This document shows positions 24,955 to 37,700 of a stretch of DNA of 64,000 nt, piece by piece (within the stretch, counting starts at the first letter, position 1; each line of letters begins with the position of its first letter). A model generated the notes under the pieces. It ran no database searches. It was given only the letters and a program-made list of their open reading frames with translations, and was not told where the DNA came from. Source of the DNA: Chiloscyllium plagiosum (Eukaryota); assembly GCF_004010195.1 (NCBI RefSeq), contig NC_057755.1:5087643-5151642 (forward strand). Direction: 5' to 3'. A program made the position numbers and the translations under genes.

Positions 24955-26112
24955 CAAAATGAGCTGACATCAAACATAGATGGTAGTGATGGGAAAAGGA
25001 CAGCAGAACCGCGTGGAAGACAGCAGCCAAGTTGGGAGTGAATGGTTTAATTGACTGTCTGTTCCAATATCTCCGGACAGGACAGGAGAAACAGTTTGCT
25101 GAGTTCTATTTGTGTGATTTCAGAAACCATCCTTTCAATGGGGCCCGTTATTCAATTGATTAGCAAACTCGAAACGAATGACCTCAGCATTTGTTACTTG
25201 TTGGTTATGTGCTGCAATCCAGAGCACGTGTTCCCTGCCCGGTTTCCCACTGTCAAGTACATGTCTGCCAGTATGCTTCAAAGTTTTCCCCAAAATGAAA
25301 TTCGTTGTTAACGTGATTGTTCGTACTACTGATTGGAAAAATAAATTGTTCTATACTCGACAATGTCTCTCCAACGCACACTGCAGAGCCGTCATGAAGC
25401 ACACAGCCATGGGAAGAGTTATGTTTGACTCCCTTAAGATTTAACTCGCCAAAAGCATTGGGAACCAATTTTGCTGTTATGGGCTCCAATCCATCAATAT
25501 TGCATGTCTTACATGTCACAACTGATATTCTCTGCCTAATTTGAAAATTATTCTCAAGAGGGTTTCGGAAATTCAAAGAAAATCATAAAACTTTACACAG
25601 CAAATGGAGGCTTTTTTCCCATCGTGAGTGTACCAGCTTCAGAAAGAATTACCCGGATTGCTTCACTCTCCACCGCTATCTGTGTAGCCCTCTAACTTCA
25701 TCACTTCCCAATATGTACCCTGCTCTCTTTTGAGACTCCCTATGGAACTTGATCCCATCCCTGAGCGAGACATCACTTTCCAAATCCTATTAATTCTCTG
25801 AGCAAACAATGTTCTCCTCATCTCACTGCGCTATTGGCAATCTTGAAATTGTGATCCCTGGTTAATGACATACCAACCAGTGGAAACGGAATATCGTTCT
25901 TTACCCTGTCAAAGTTGTCTATCGTTTTAAAAACCTCAAAGTTTCCTCTTAATCTGATCTGCTCCATGGAGAGTAAGTCCAATCTCTCTCATTTGGCTCC
26001 TAAAATCCCCCACTCTTGGTATCATTCTCATAATTCTCTTTGACCTATCTCTCCTTCCTCAAGGCACCCAGAACTGACCACCTTGCCCCACATGTGGACT
26101 GACCAATCATTT

Positions 26113-26375
26113 AGGAGAAAGTGAGGACTGTAGATGCTGGAGATCAGAGTTGAAAATGTGTTGCTGGAAAAGCGCAGCAGGTCAGGCAGCATCCAAGGAT
26201 CAGGAGAATCGACGTTTTGGGCATGAGCCCTTCATGCAGTAAATGATGTGTGTGGAGATGCAGGTGAATTTGTGGCGGATATGGAAGGATCCCTTGGCGC
26301 CTTGGAGAGAAGTAAGGGGGGAGGTGTGGGCGCAAGTTTTGCATTTCTTGCGATTGCAGGGGAAGGTGCCGTGAT
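26113..26375 (-). mobile_element. Penelope-type terminal repeat joined to an internal ORF piece
   Basis: aggagaaagtgaggactg terminus. FPCNRKKCKTC Cys-rich linker in the minus-strand ORF. Confidence 0.75.
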
Positions 26376-26762
26376 GTTTCCAAGACACCCTTAACGCGAC
26401 ACTTGCAGCTTTACAATGCATGCTATATTTAAACACGTTACAATATTGCTGACTTCTGCAACTGCAATTCAATCATCCCGCTAGCTTATGGATTCCTCGT
26501 TACTATTCAAGGCTTCTGTCTGCAGGGGCCAAAGGGGTGGTTTCCAATTGAAGGGTAGATCGGTTTAAGTTATTGCAAGATTTCATCTAAAAAGTAAGAT
26601 TCAACGATAAACAAGTTGAATACTGGGAAAGTACGTTGCCTCTTATTTATAGAGGTATGTTTTCTTTAATGAACCACATCTCCACGATCCAAACAATAGT
26701 GTTTATTAAATGTTTTTCTGATGCTAGTCATCTTAAATTTGATGTTGGTTTTCAATCAGACA

Positions 26763-27520
26763 ATCATAGAATCATGCCTCGTGGCAACACATTTCAGTCC
26801 AACTTGTCCCTGCCAACCAGTTTCCCCAAACTAATTTAGTCCCATTTGCCTGCATATGACCCATACCCCTCTAAAGTGGCATTATTCCTTCTCCTGTGCA
26901 AATATCTTCTAAATCTTACTGCACCTGCATCCAACACTTTCTGTTGCAGTTCACTACACATACGAAGCATCCTCTGTCTGAGTACTTTGCCCCTCCGGTC
27001 CCTTCGAAAGATTTCTCGTTTCACCTTCAAATTAGGATCTCTAATTCTACACTCCCCGACCTTAATAAAAATAGCTTGGCTATTCATCTTATCTGTACCC
27101 CTCATGATTTTACACAATACTCCAAAAGTAGCCTCACCACAATCCTGTACAAATGCAACATGCCATTCCAACTCCGACATATATTGGTCAGAGCTATGAA
27201 AGCAAGGAAACCAAATACCTTTTTTCCCAACTTGTTTACCCGAGACAAACCTTTCGATTAACTGTGCACCTAAACTCTGAGGTGTCCTTGTTTGACATTA
27301 AGTCTTAGGAAAACTCCATTAAGTATATAAATCATTTCCTTGTTCGTTTTACCAAAATGCAACACTTCACATTTATCTGAGCTAAATTCAAACTCCTACT
27401 CGCCGGCCTATTGGCCCAATTGTTCAAGGTCCCCTTTTAATCATAGAAAACCGTCTTCACTGTCAACGACACTACCGACTTTGGTGCGACTCTCAAACGT
27501 ACTGAACACGCTTCAAATGA
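26763..27520 (-). mobile_element. CR1 LINE 3' fragment (its distal part is duplicated in tandem)
   Basis: LEGYGSYAGKWD C-terminus and CATAGAAT-type tail. Confidence 0.75.
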
Positions 27521-28074
27521 ATTGCTCCTCAAGATAAGTGACTGCCTGGAACTCTACGCCCAGAAATTGCTGGAAGTTAGATCACTGAAAGTATTTGATC
27601 CAAAAGTACCTCACCACAATCCTGTACAAATGCAACATGCCATTCCAACTCCGACATATATTGGTCAGAGCTATGAAAACAAGGAAACCAAATACCTTTT
27701 TTCCCAACTTGTTTACCTAAGACAAACCTTTCGATTAACTGTGCACCTAAACTCTGAAGTGTCCTTGTTTGATATTAAGTCTTAGGAAAACTCCATTAAG
27801 TATATAAATCATTTCCTTGTTCGTTTTACCAAAATGCAACACTTCACATTTATCTCAGCTAAATTCAAACTCCTATTCGCCGGCCTATTGGCCCAATTGT
27901 TCAAGTCCCCTTGTAATCATAGAAAACCTTCTTCACTGTCAACGACACCACCGATTTCGGTGCGACTCTCAAACGTACTGAACACGCTTCAAATGAATTG
28001 CTCCTCAAGATAAGTGACTGCCTGGAGCTCTACGCCCAGAAATTTCTGAAAGTTAGATCACTGAAAGTATTTGA
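27121..28074. repeat. Direct tandem duplication, 2 x ~477 bp (27121-27598 / 27599-28074)
   Basis: Both units run tccaaaagta(g)cctcaccacaatcc ... gttagatcactgaaagtatttga, with scattered substitutions. Confidence 0.93.
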
Positions 28075-28679
28075 GGCGATAGTTAGATTTTTGAAATATC
28101 ATACAGTTAAGTAATATGAGGAGCCAACACAAAACAAAAACTTGCAACAGATCAGCCCTAAGTTCATAAAACAGCCAGCTATCTTGAGGATTGCCGATTT
28201 CTGCTTCGATATAGCATGCTCTTATTTCTGTCAAGATTCTCAAATTATCATGGGTTTGTAAAGATAATGGAAATGTACGAATTCACGCTTTTGAATGGAA
28301 AAACATATGGGAGTAAGGACTTCAAAGGAATGAGGACATAAAAACTATTTGTTTTTGGAATTCTTGATCCATAAAAATTCACATGCAGCCATGTTTGATC
28401 TTTGAATTGCAAAACGAAATCTGCCTGCAAACCGCTGAGTGTAGAACTCCAAGTTAAGACATTCAGAACCACAATCAGAAATGGAAGCTTTGATTTATGG
28501 CGGACTTGTTGGCGAACAGCATGCCTTTTTTTCCAGTGGATGGCATATTGAGTACAAGAATTGGCAGGTATTGTTTCAGTTGTAAAACACATTAGTTCGG
28601 TGATATTTGGAATACTGGGTACACTTCTGGTAACCACATTGCCAAAAGGTTGTGGATGCTTTGGGCATGGTGCAGATAA

Positions 28680-29150
28680 GTTTAATCAGAATATTGTCTG
28701 GTGCGAGATGTGAGGAGAAGTTGAGTACATTAGAAGGTTTTCATTGGGAAGAAGGAAGTTGGGGGTGGGTGGGGGCAACCTGATGGAGTTCTACGAAATC
28801 ATAAGAGATGTCGATAGTTGAGATAGCATGCAACATTTTCTCAGAGTACAGGACACAATTACTCAGGGTGTCATGTTGAAAGTGAGAGGGTAAATGCTTC
28901 ACGGAGATATACGTGGCACTTTCTTCGTGCAGAAGGTGGTGAATGCCTCGAATGCATTGCCAACGGAAGTTTTAGGAGTGGAACTATAGCGTCATTTTTG
29001 AATTATTTCAACAATTGCAAGATTAGGCAGAGAGTAAAGGGATACACATCCATAGAAAATCGGCAGCAGGTTTAAATAGAAGATCTGAATTGGCGCAGAC
29101 ATGGAGGGCCGAAAAGCCTGTCTCTGTGCTGTTACGTTCTTTGTTCTTTC
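28680..29150 (+). mobile_element. CR1 LINE 3' fragment
   Basis: 3' end ggagggccgaaaagcctgtctctgtgctg...ttctttgttct, homologous to the tail at 37034-37100. Confidence 0.7.
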
Positions 29151-29199
29151 TTCTTTTAAAAATGGACAAAGATGTCCAGAAACTGAGCAATTGCTTGAG

Positions 29200-29555
29200 G
29201 GTAGGATTGTGGCTCAGTGGTAAGCACTGATGCATCACAGTGCTAGCGAGCCTGTTTTTGATAACAACCTCGGGCGACTATGTGGTCTTTGCACTTTCTT
29301 GCCATGTCTATACGGGTTTCCTCCGGGTGCTCTTGTTTCCTTCCACAGCTAGGTGGTACAGGTTAGGGTGCATTGGCCTTACTAAATTGTCCACATTATC
29401 CAGGGATATGCAGGCTATGTAGGTTAGACATAGGGAGTGCAACGTTGCACGAATAGTGGAAAGGGATGGGTCTGCATTGTATATTATATGGAATGATGGT
29501 ACGAACTCGATGGGCTCGCTGGCCTGCTTCCACACTGTTGATTTTCCATGATTCT
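29200..29555 (+). mobile_element. Diverged HE1/V-SINE-type SINE
   Basis: gtggctcagtggtaagcactg A box and gggtttcctccgggtgctc V-domain. Confidence 0.75.
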
Positions 29556-29875
29556 AGGCACTTTTCTGTAGAAGGAAACTCAGAGTGTATAAAAGTGCTG
29601 AAATGGCAGTATAAATGGAAAACAAAGATGTCAGGAATGTCTTCAGCCAAAGGATGGTGAACCTGTGGAACTCATTAACATAGAAAGGCCATGGAGACCG
29701 TCACTGAGTGTATTTAAGTCAGTGATAACTTCGAAGGTGACAGAGAGGAGGCATAAAAATGGGGTAAAGAACTTATCAGGGAGGAGAAAGTGAGGACTGC
29801 AGATGCTGGAGATCAGAGCTGAAAATGCGTTGCTAGAAAAGTGCAGCAGGTCAGGCAGCATCCAAGGAACAGGAG

Positions 29876-29912
29876 AATCGACGTTTCGGGCATAAACCCT
29901 TCTTCAGTAATG
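29876..29912 (-). ncRNA. Minimal type I hammerhead motif in a Penelope-type repeat (29783-29990)
   Basis: Reverse complement reads cattaCTGAAGA-A-GGGT TTAT GCCC-GAAAC-GTCgatt. Confidence 0.6.
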
Positions 29913-31328
29913 AGGAAAGTGCGTCCAGCAGGCTAAGATAAAAGGTCGCGAGGAGGGACTTGGGGGATGGGCGTTGGAAATGCGATAGGAAATGCGATCA
30001 GTAAAGAAACTTATCAGCCATGACCGAATGGCGTAGAGGATTTGTTGGACCAAATGGTTTAACTTTGCTCCTCTACTTTACAGTCTCATAATCTCTGGTC
30101 AAGTGGGAAATAACATTTTATCCACCCTAATGTCAGACAATTACTATCTCCAGCAAAGGAGATTCTAACCATCACCTTTTGGTATTCAGTGACATTACCA
30201 TCACGTAAACCACGATTATCAACATCCTGAAGATTGCCTTTGACCCAAAACTGCGCTAGATTAGCCATATCAGGATTGTTTCCACAACATTATGTCAGAG
30301 GCCAGTAAATCTGCAAAAATAGGCTCACTTCTTCACTCCGCAAAACCTATCCAACATTTATAAGGCACAAGTCAAGAGTGTGATGAAATACTCCACACTT
30401 TCCCGGATGGGTCCAGCTCCAATAATATGGAAGGCACTTGATACCATCAGGATCATGCAAAATTCTGAAGAAGAGTCAAGGCAGACTCTACCGCTTCGCT
30501 TTTGTTTCTCTGCACACAGAACCTGCAAACTCTGTCGGGTTTATCTGACATTTCCTTTGTTTATTTGAGATACCCTGCATCGGCAGTAATTTGTCTTTTT
30601 TTTTCTGGAACATATCAGACCACTCGATTGTCATCATAGTCAGAAAGCTTCAGTCTGACTCTCCACTGTCGCTCAGTAAAATCAGTGGGTACCATCCACA
30701 AGATGAATTGCAGAAGCTGGCCAAGGCTCCTCAGAGTGCTCCCTCTCAACCTCATAGCCACAACTGTCTCGAAGCAGTAGATGTATGGGAATGGCAACAC
30801 TTGCAAGTTCACTTCAAACCATTTGCCTTCCTATCTTGGAAACATGCTGCCATTCCTTCAGTTTTGCTGGATAAATTAAAAGGTATCTAGACAGTTCCTT
30901 GTAGACGAAAACTTTAGCAGAATATGGGCCATAGTCGGGAAGTGGGAGCCAGTTCAGCTTAGGAAACCTGGTCGGCATGAACACGTTGGACGTCAGGATT
31001 ACTTTCTGTGCTGCATGATTCTATGTAGGCGATCTTCCAACAATTGTTCTACACTAGCTCGAGAAGGCAGCTCACCGCCATATTCTCAAGTGTAACTCGG
31101 GAATGGTCAATAAATGCTGACTCAGCCTCCGCCGAATGGGCTAACGTTATTACATAAAGCTGCTTCAGCAGATGTAAGATAACACCGTTGGTGAAATCAT
31201 AAGGAATGTGTAACTTGGAAGTCACCAAAAGCGGGAAAAGTGTGGCCCATTTCATGAAAAAGAGGGAGTAGAGTTCAATACGTTGTACACAAATATAACT
31301 GAATTTGAACACTTACCAATAATTTCAA

Positions 31329-31672
31329 AGTTGTGAGACGATTTGTAGCTCGGGTGCTCGTTGCTGTGGTTCTGTTCGCCGAGCTGGAAGTTTTTGTTGC
31401 AAATATTTCGTCCCCTGTCTAGGTGACATCCGCAGTGCTTGGGAGCTTCCTGTGAAGCGCTTCTGTGGTGTTTCCTCCTGCATTTATAGTGGCCTGTCCC
31501 TGCCGCTTCCGGTTGACACTTGGTGGAAGGATTCGATTCTTTCGGCATTCATGCAGGAACCGGAGTTGTTCGCATGTGGCGCTTAGGCGGTTAATGCAGG
31601 ATTCCCATTTCCTGGCTTGTCGTAGCGTCTCTCGCCCGTAGGTGTTCAAAGTTTGTGAGAAGATTTGTAGCT
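31329..31672 (-). mobile_element. Partial duplicate of the second-family Penelope-like element
   Basis: Copy of 33193-33533, truncated at the duplication junction. Confidence 0.78.
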
Positions 31673-33192
31673 GAGATCAGAGCTGAAAATGCGTTGCTAG
31701 AAAAGCGCAGCAGGTCAGGCAGCATCCAAGGAACAGGAGAATCAACGTTTCGGGCAGAAACTCTTCTTCAGTAATGAGGAAAGTGCGTCCAGCAGGCTAA
31801 GATAAAAGGTTGGGAGGAGGGACTTGGGAGATGGGCGTTGGAAATGCGATAGGAAATGCGATCAGTAAAGAAACTTATCAACCATGACCGAATGGCGTAG
31901 AGGATTTGTTGGACCAAATGGTTTAACTTTGCTCCTTTACTTTACAGTCTCATAATCTCTGGTCAAGTGGGAAATAACATTTTATCCACCCTAATGTCAG
32001 ACAATTACTATCTCCAACAAAGGAGAGTCTAACCATCACCTTTTGGTATTCAGTGACATTACCATCACGTAAACCACCATTATCAACATCCTGAAGATTG
32101 CCTTTGACCCAAAACTGCGCTGGATTAGCCATATCAGGATTGTCTCCACAACATTATGTCAGAGGCTAGTAAATCTGCAAAAACAAACTCACTTCCTGAC
32201 TCCGCAAAACGTATCCAATATTTATACGGCACAAGTCAAGATTTTGATGAAATATTCCACACTTTCTCAGATGTGTTCAGCTCCAATAATATGGAAGGCA
32301 CTTGATACCATCAGGATCATGCAAAATTCTGAAGAAGAGTCAAGGCAGATTCTACCGCTTCGCTTTTGTTTCTCTGCACACAGAACCTGCCAACTCTGTC
32401 GGGTTTATCTGACATTTCCTTTGTTTATTTGAGATACACTGCATCGGCAGTAATTTGTCTTTTTTTTTCTGGAACATATCAGACCACTCGAATGTCATCA
32501 TAGTTAGAAAGCTTCAATCTGACTCTCCACTGTCGCTCAGTAAAATCAGTGGGTACCATCCACAAGATGAATTGCAGAAGCTGGCCAAGGCTCCTCAGAG
32601 TGCTCCCTCTCAACCTCACAGCCACAACTGTCTCAAAGCAGTAGATGTATGGGATTGGCAACACTTGCAAGTTCACTTCAAACCATTTGCCTTCCTATCT
32701 TGGAAACATGCTGCAATTCCTTCAGTTTTGCTGGATAAATTAAAAGGTATCTAGACAGTTCCTTGTAGACGAAAACTTTAGCAGAATATGGGCCATAGTC
32801 GGGCAAGTGGGAGCAGTTCAGATTAGGAAACCTGGTCGGCATGAACACGTTGGACGTCAGGATTACTTTCTGTGCTGCATGATTCTATGTAGGCGATCTT
32901 CCAACAATTGTTCTACACTAGCTCGAGAAGGCAGCTCACCGCCATATTCTCAAGTGTAACTCGGGAATGGTCAATAAATGCTGACTCAGCCTCCGCCGAA
33001 TGGGCTAACGTTATTACATAAAGCTGCTTCAGCAGATGTAAGATAACACCGCTGGTGAAATCATAAGGAATGTGTAACTTGGAAGTCACCAAAAGCGGGA
33101 AAAGTGTGGCCCATTTCATGAAAAAGAGGGAGTAGAGTTCAATACGTTGTACACAAATATAATTGAATTTGAACATTTACCAATAATTTCAA

Positions 33193-34007
33193 AGTTGTGA
33201 GACGATTTGTAGCTCGGGTGCTCGTTGCTGTGGTTCTGTTCGCCGAGCTGGAAGTTTTTGTTGCAAATATTTCGTCCCCTGTCTAGGTGACATCCGCAGT
33301 GCTTGGGAGCTTCCTGTGAAGCGCTTCTGTGGTGTTTCCTCCTGCATTTATAGTGGCCTGTCCCTGCCGCTTCCGGTTGACACTTGGTGGAAGGATTCGA
33401 TTCTTTCGGCATTCATGCAGGAACCGGAGTTGTTCGCATGTGGCGCTTAGGCGGTTAATGCAGGATTCCCATTTCCTGGCTTGTCGTAGCGTCTCTCGCC
33501 CGTAGGTGTTCAAAGTTTGTGAGAAGATTTGTAGCTCGGGTGCTCGTTGCTGTGGTTCTGTTCGCCGAGCTGGAAGTTTTTGTTGCAAACGTTTCGTCCC
33601 CTGTCTAGGTGACATCCTCAGTGCTTGGGAGCCTCCTGTGAAGCGCTTCTGTGGTGTTTCCTCCGGCATTTATAGTGGCCTGTCCCTGCCGCTTCCACTC
33701 ATCCACAAACTCCATTAACAAACACATCGACCTGGACCCAATATACGGCCTCTACAGCGGACAGCTGAAACTGACACTCATCCACAAAGTCCATCAACAA
33801 TCACATCGACCTGGACCCAATATATCGGCCACTACAGGGACAGCTGAAACTGACAACCGGAAGTGTCAGGGACAGGCCACAATAAATGCCGGAGGAAACA
33901 CCACAGAAGCGCTTCATAGGAGGCTCCCAAGCACTGAGGATGTCACCTAGACAGGGGATGAAACGTTTGCAACAAAAACTTCCAGCTCGGCGAACAGAAC
34001 CACAGCA
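33193..34007 (-). mobile_element. Internally deleted Penelope-like element (second family): two direct pLTRs around the ORF 5' end, plus an inverted pLTR
   Basis: Direct repeats at ~33193-33377 and ~33512-33697 flank NTYGRETLRQARKWE...LRFLHECRKNRILPPSV. The inverted copy at 33698-34007 encodes HSSTNSINKHIDLDPIY (GIY-YIG C-terminus). Flanking duplication a(t/c)ttaccaataat(t/g)tcaa. Confidence 0.8.
33585..33624 (-). ncRNA. Minimal type I hammerhead motif (second PLE family)
   Basis: Reverse complement reads gca-CTGAGGA-T-GTCACCT AGAC AGGGGAC-GAAAC-GTT-tgc. Stem I GCA/TGC; stem II has one mismatch. Confidence 0.6.
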
Positions 34008-34789
34008 ACTTACCAATAATGTCAACAGTTCTGAGTAATGGGCAGTTAATCCATGCATTTGTAAGATTGCTCAATATTACATTCTGTTCCACGCAGGCCC
34101 TTTGTTACTGTAGAGACAATGAATCTGTCCACCGAAATACAATAACGTTGTCAAGACAACCTCACTAGGAAGCTGAACGTCCTGAGAGCCCCTAAATCTG
34201 TTGCAATCACTAGTTATATTCGTCATTCTAAACAAGGAGCAAATAAACCACTTTCCTCTGAGGGTTACAGCTCAACAGAATCTGTGATGATGACTAAAAT
34301 GCCACTAATTTCCCGAGAAGTAGAATTAAATGTTATTGTTAGGTGTACTCAAGTAAAAAAAGCACATGAGTGCAGTGAAAATTGTGCATTTTCCCCATTT
34401 CCAACACTATCGTAGGTAAATAATGAGAAGTAAAGAAACAAAGTTAAGAGTTAAACCTTACAATCCTTATTAGTATGAATTCAAACAAGTGACTTTAAAA
34501 TGTAACGGACAACTTTTCAAATATTTTCAAAAAACACAACAATGCGCCACTGTTTGTAATAAAGCTATTCTACACCATACTGAGATGTAAATTCTTCTTC
34601 ATTGTTGCCTTTTATATCAACAAACTAACAGTAGAGATTTTCCGTGAGCAGAAATCTCACACAGATAGCCACTTGAGTCCCTTTGTCTATGATCAACGAT
34701 TCCATTCCGAGCATCCGTGGAAATGCAGCACCATGCTTCCATTATGACAGATGTGTCCTGATTAGAAATGTCTGATAATTGTGATAAGA

Positions 34790-37700
34790 GAGCTAGACAG
34801 ACTAACAGATTTTAAAACCGACAAAAGAAAATCATAGAAGACCATAATGAAACAGAAAGAACAGAATAAAGAACCCCTACAGAGGTCAACCTGTCCAATT
34901 AGACTTACTGTAATTACGCTGTTCTGAATATACATAATGATCCCATTAAGCAAACTTCCTTTAAAAACCAGTATAAATAGAACATGTGCATGCAGGTTGA
35001 ACTTGAAGGGCAGAAAAGAGAAAGAGTTTCCACACAGCTCCTTATTGAACTTTCCAATTGGATAAAGCCATGTCAGCTTCGTTTTGTGGGCCTTTTGATC
35101 TCTCTAGCTTCAACTTGTGTCGCTGCAATCTTGTGACGACACAATCTGGGAAAATTCCTGGCAAAACGTTCTTGGTTTCTTCAGTTACCTGCGGCTCCAC
35201 AGGCTTTTCAACTTTCATACACAACATGCCTACCCGTGAATCAGCAAGGACAAATTGTTTTCCTGGAGCTGAGAGTTTGTCCAATACTCCTACCACAAAT
35301 TCTCCACTCTTCTCTGGACTCTCTAGCCTCACTTTACGTAATTGAGCCGTTTTTTGTCTCGCCACGAATTCACTTTACCAGTTCCTTTTCTGACAATAGT
35401 CCCTCAGGAGTACATTTCTCCTCATTCTTCAGCATTACAGACTGAGATACTCCTGTGTCCCTTAATATTGTCACATCTCTACCTACTACTCCTGACCTAT
35501 GTGAATAAAATTTACTCTGGCATGCATACTTTTTAAGCAAATCTGGCACTACTTACTTAATCAACCGCTGATCATCTTGGACACTCTGAGGCAGTTGTCT
35601 AACTTCCCTTTGCTTTTTGTTACTAGTTCAACAAAACACCCAGGCTTATCTGGCTTCCCTACATCTGGCTTTCTCCGAGCCCATCAACACTGTGATTTCA
35701 TGTAGCCCACCATATTTTAATTAAAACACCGGAGCTTTATACCTACTTTGTCGCCACCAGTGGTTTCATTTTTTACTCTGCGTTAAGTTATCCTTATGAT
35801 CTTCACTGTGATCTACCTTCCTTTTTCCACGTGAGCATTTCCCTTTGTCTCAATTTCTGTCTCTCGCGGACCAAAGTTGAATCTGGAAGCCAAACGGAGT
35901 TTTATGAACCAACTCATAATCATCAGCTGCTAACCTTGCCATTTTAACTATCTGCTCTTCCACATGAGTCATCACTAATTCCTTACTATGACAATGTTTA
36001 ACATTTGTCTCCTACTTTTTAAGCTGACTTTAATTTTCAAGTTGAAAAATGTAGTGCTGGAAAAACACAGCAGGCCAGGCAGCATCCGAAGAGCAGGAGA
36101 ATCAGTTTTTGTTTCAGTGTCAGTTTTTGAAGTTCAAGAGTTCTCTCCTTTCCTTTCTCTGCGTTCTCTCTTTATCTGTCTCTGTTCTGCTGCTCTCTCT
36201 TTTCTCTCTGTTCTGCTGCTCTCTTTTACCATGTCTTCAGATTTTAATCGTAACACAATTCTGCTGTCCTTACCTTATCTCTCGCCTCCAACTCAAGCTC
36301 CTTCATTTGCATTTGAATTATTGCCATCGCTATAGATTATGCTGCTTTCTCCAGCATGTATAAATGCTGAGCTACTGTTGTAATTATCTTTCAATTCCTC
36401 ACAGAAGCAGGCATATCCAACTCCAGCTTGTCTGCTTATTCCTGCAGTGTAATTTTATTCAACTTTTACAAGTCGCCGCATCCACTTCCAGAAAACGTTT
36501 GGCGACTGAAAGAGCCATTCCTATACCAAACTTTGTCTACCCAACCAACCCAACACACGAAATAAAGACACTAGCGCCTACCAGTTGCTGTTTAAAATCT
36601 TTTATGGACTATGGTAGACCACTCAAGATATTTTGGGCTGGTAACCCAGATCATAAGTTTGCCATTTGTTTCAGTAAGTGTGCAGTGCCAATTACAACGA
36701 GTAAGCTTGCTCGGTTGACTACCAGGTTTGGAAACAGACAAAAAAAAATCTATTCACAAAGTGTACACAATGAAACGCAAAGAACAGAATTAAGAACGCT
36801 TACTGAACTCCGTCTATGCAAACTAGAATTAATTATGCTGTTCGTAATAAACACAACAGTCCCAATAAGCAACCCCACTCAAAAATCAATGACATAATGG
36901 AACATTTGCTTACAGGTTGAAGTTAGAAGGACAAAAAGAGAGAGATAGTTTCCACACAGCTCACTACTGACCTCCTAACTAGTTCCGGACTAAACCGAAC
37001 TGCTCAGCAAGAGAGCTAGCCACTCCGCTTTCAAAGAAGAACAAAGAACAAAGAAACTTTATAGCCCAAGAACAGGCCCTTCTGCCCTCTATGCCTGAGC
37101 CGATCCAAATGTACTCTCTAAAACTGTCGGTTAATTCAGAAGCATCTGTATCACTTTGCTCCCCACCTAATCATGCTATTGTCCTGACGCATCTGAAACG
37201 AATCTACAGTGCTTGCCCCTAACACCTCTGGTGATAACGCGTTCCAAACGGCCACCACCCTCTATGTTACGTGTATCCCCCTTAAACATTCCACCTCTCA
37301 CCTTGAACGCGTGACCTCTCGTTATTGAATCCTTCACCCTGGGAAAAAGCTTGTCTCTACCCACCCTGTCCATACCCTTCATGATTTTGTGAACCTTAAT
37401 TATGTCTCCCCTCAATCTCCTTTTGTTTCTATTGAACATGAACCTAACCTACCGAACCTCGCTTCATAGCGAGCACCTTCCAAAGCAGGCAACGTCCTCG
37501 TAAACCTTCTTTGCACCCTCTCCAATGCATCCACATCCTGTTGGTAATGTGGCGACCATAACTGTACAGAGTATTCGAACTGTAGCCGAACCAATGCCTT
37601 GTACAATTTTAATGCGACTTGCCAGCTCTTATACTCAATACCCCGTCCAATGAAGGCAAGCATACTATATGCCTCTTGACCACTTTGTCCACCTGTGCAG

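Larger units (their letters stand above)
29809..33533. repeat. Direct tandem duplication, period 1864 bp (29809-31672 / 31673-~33533)
   Basis: Near-identical sequence. ORF pairs are offset by exactly 1864 (30086/31950, 30591/32455, 31049/32913). Confidence 0.95.

Noticed and set aside
22480..25540. L1/RTE-like endonuclease traces at ~22480-23200 and ~25000-25540
   Set aside because: Too decayed to assign family or boundaries by eye.
36364..36897. 177-aa ORF
   Set aside because: Antisense to the LTR/gag leader of the Gypsy remnant, with no recognisable domain.
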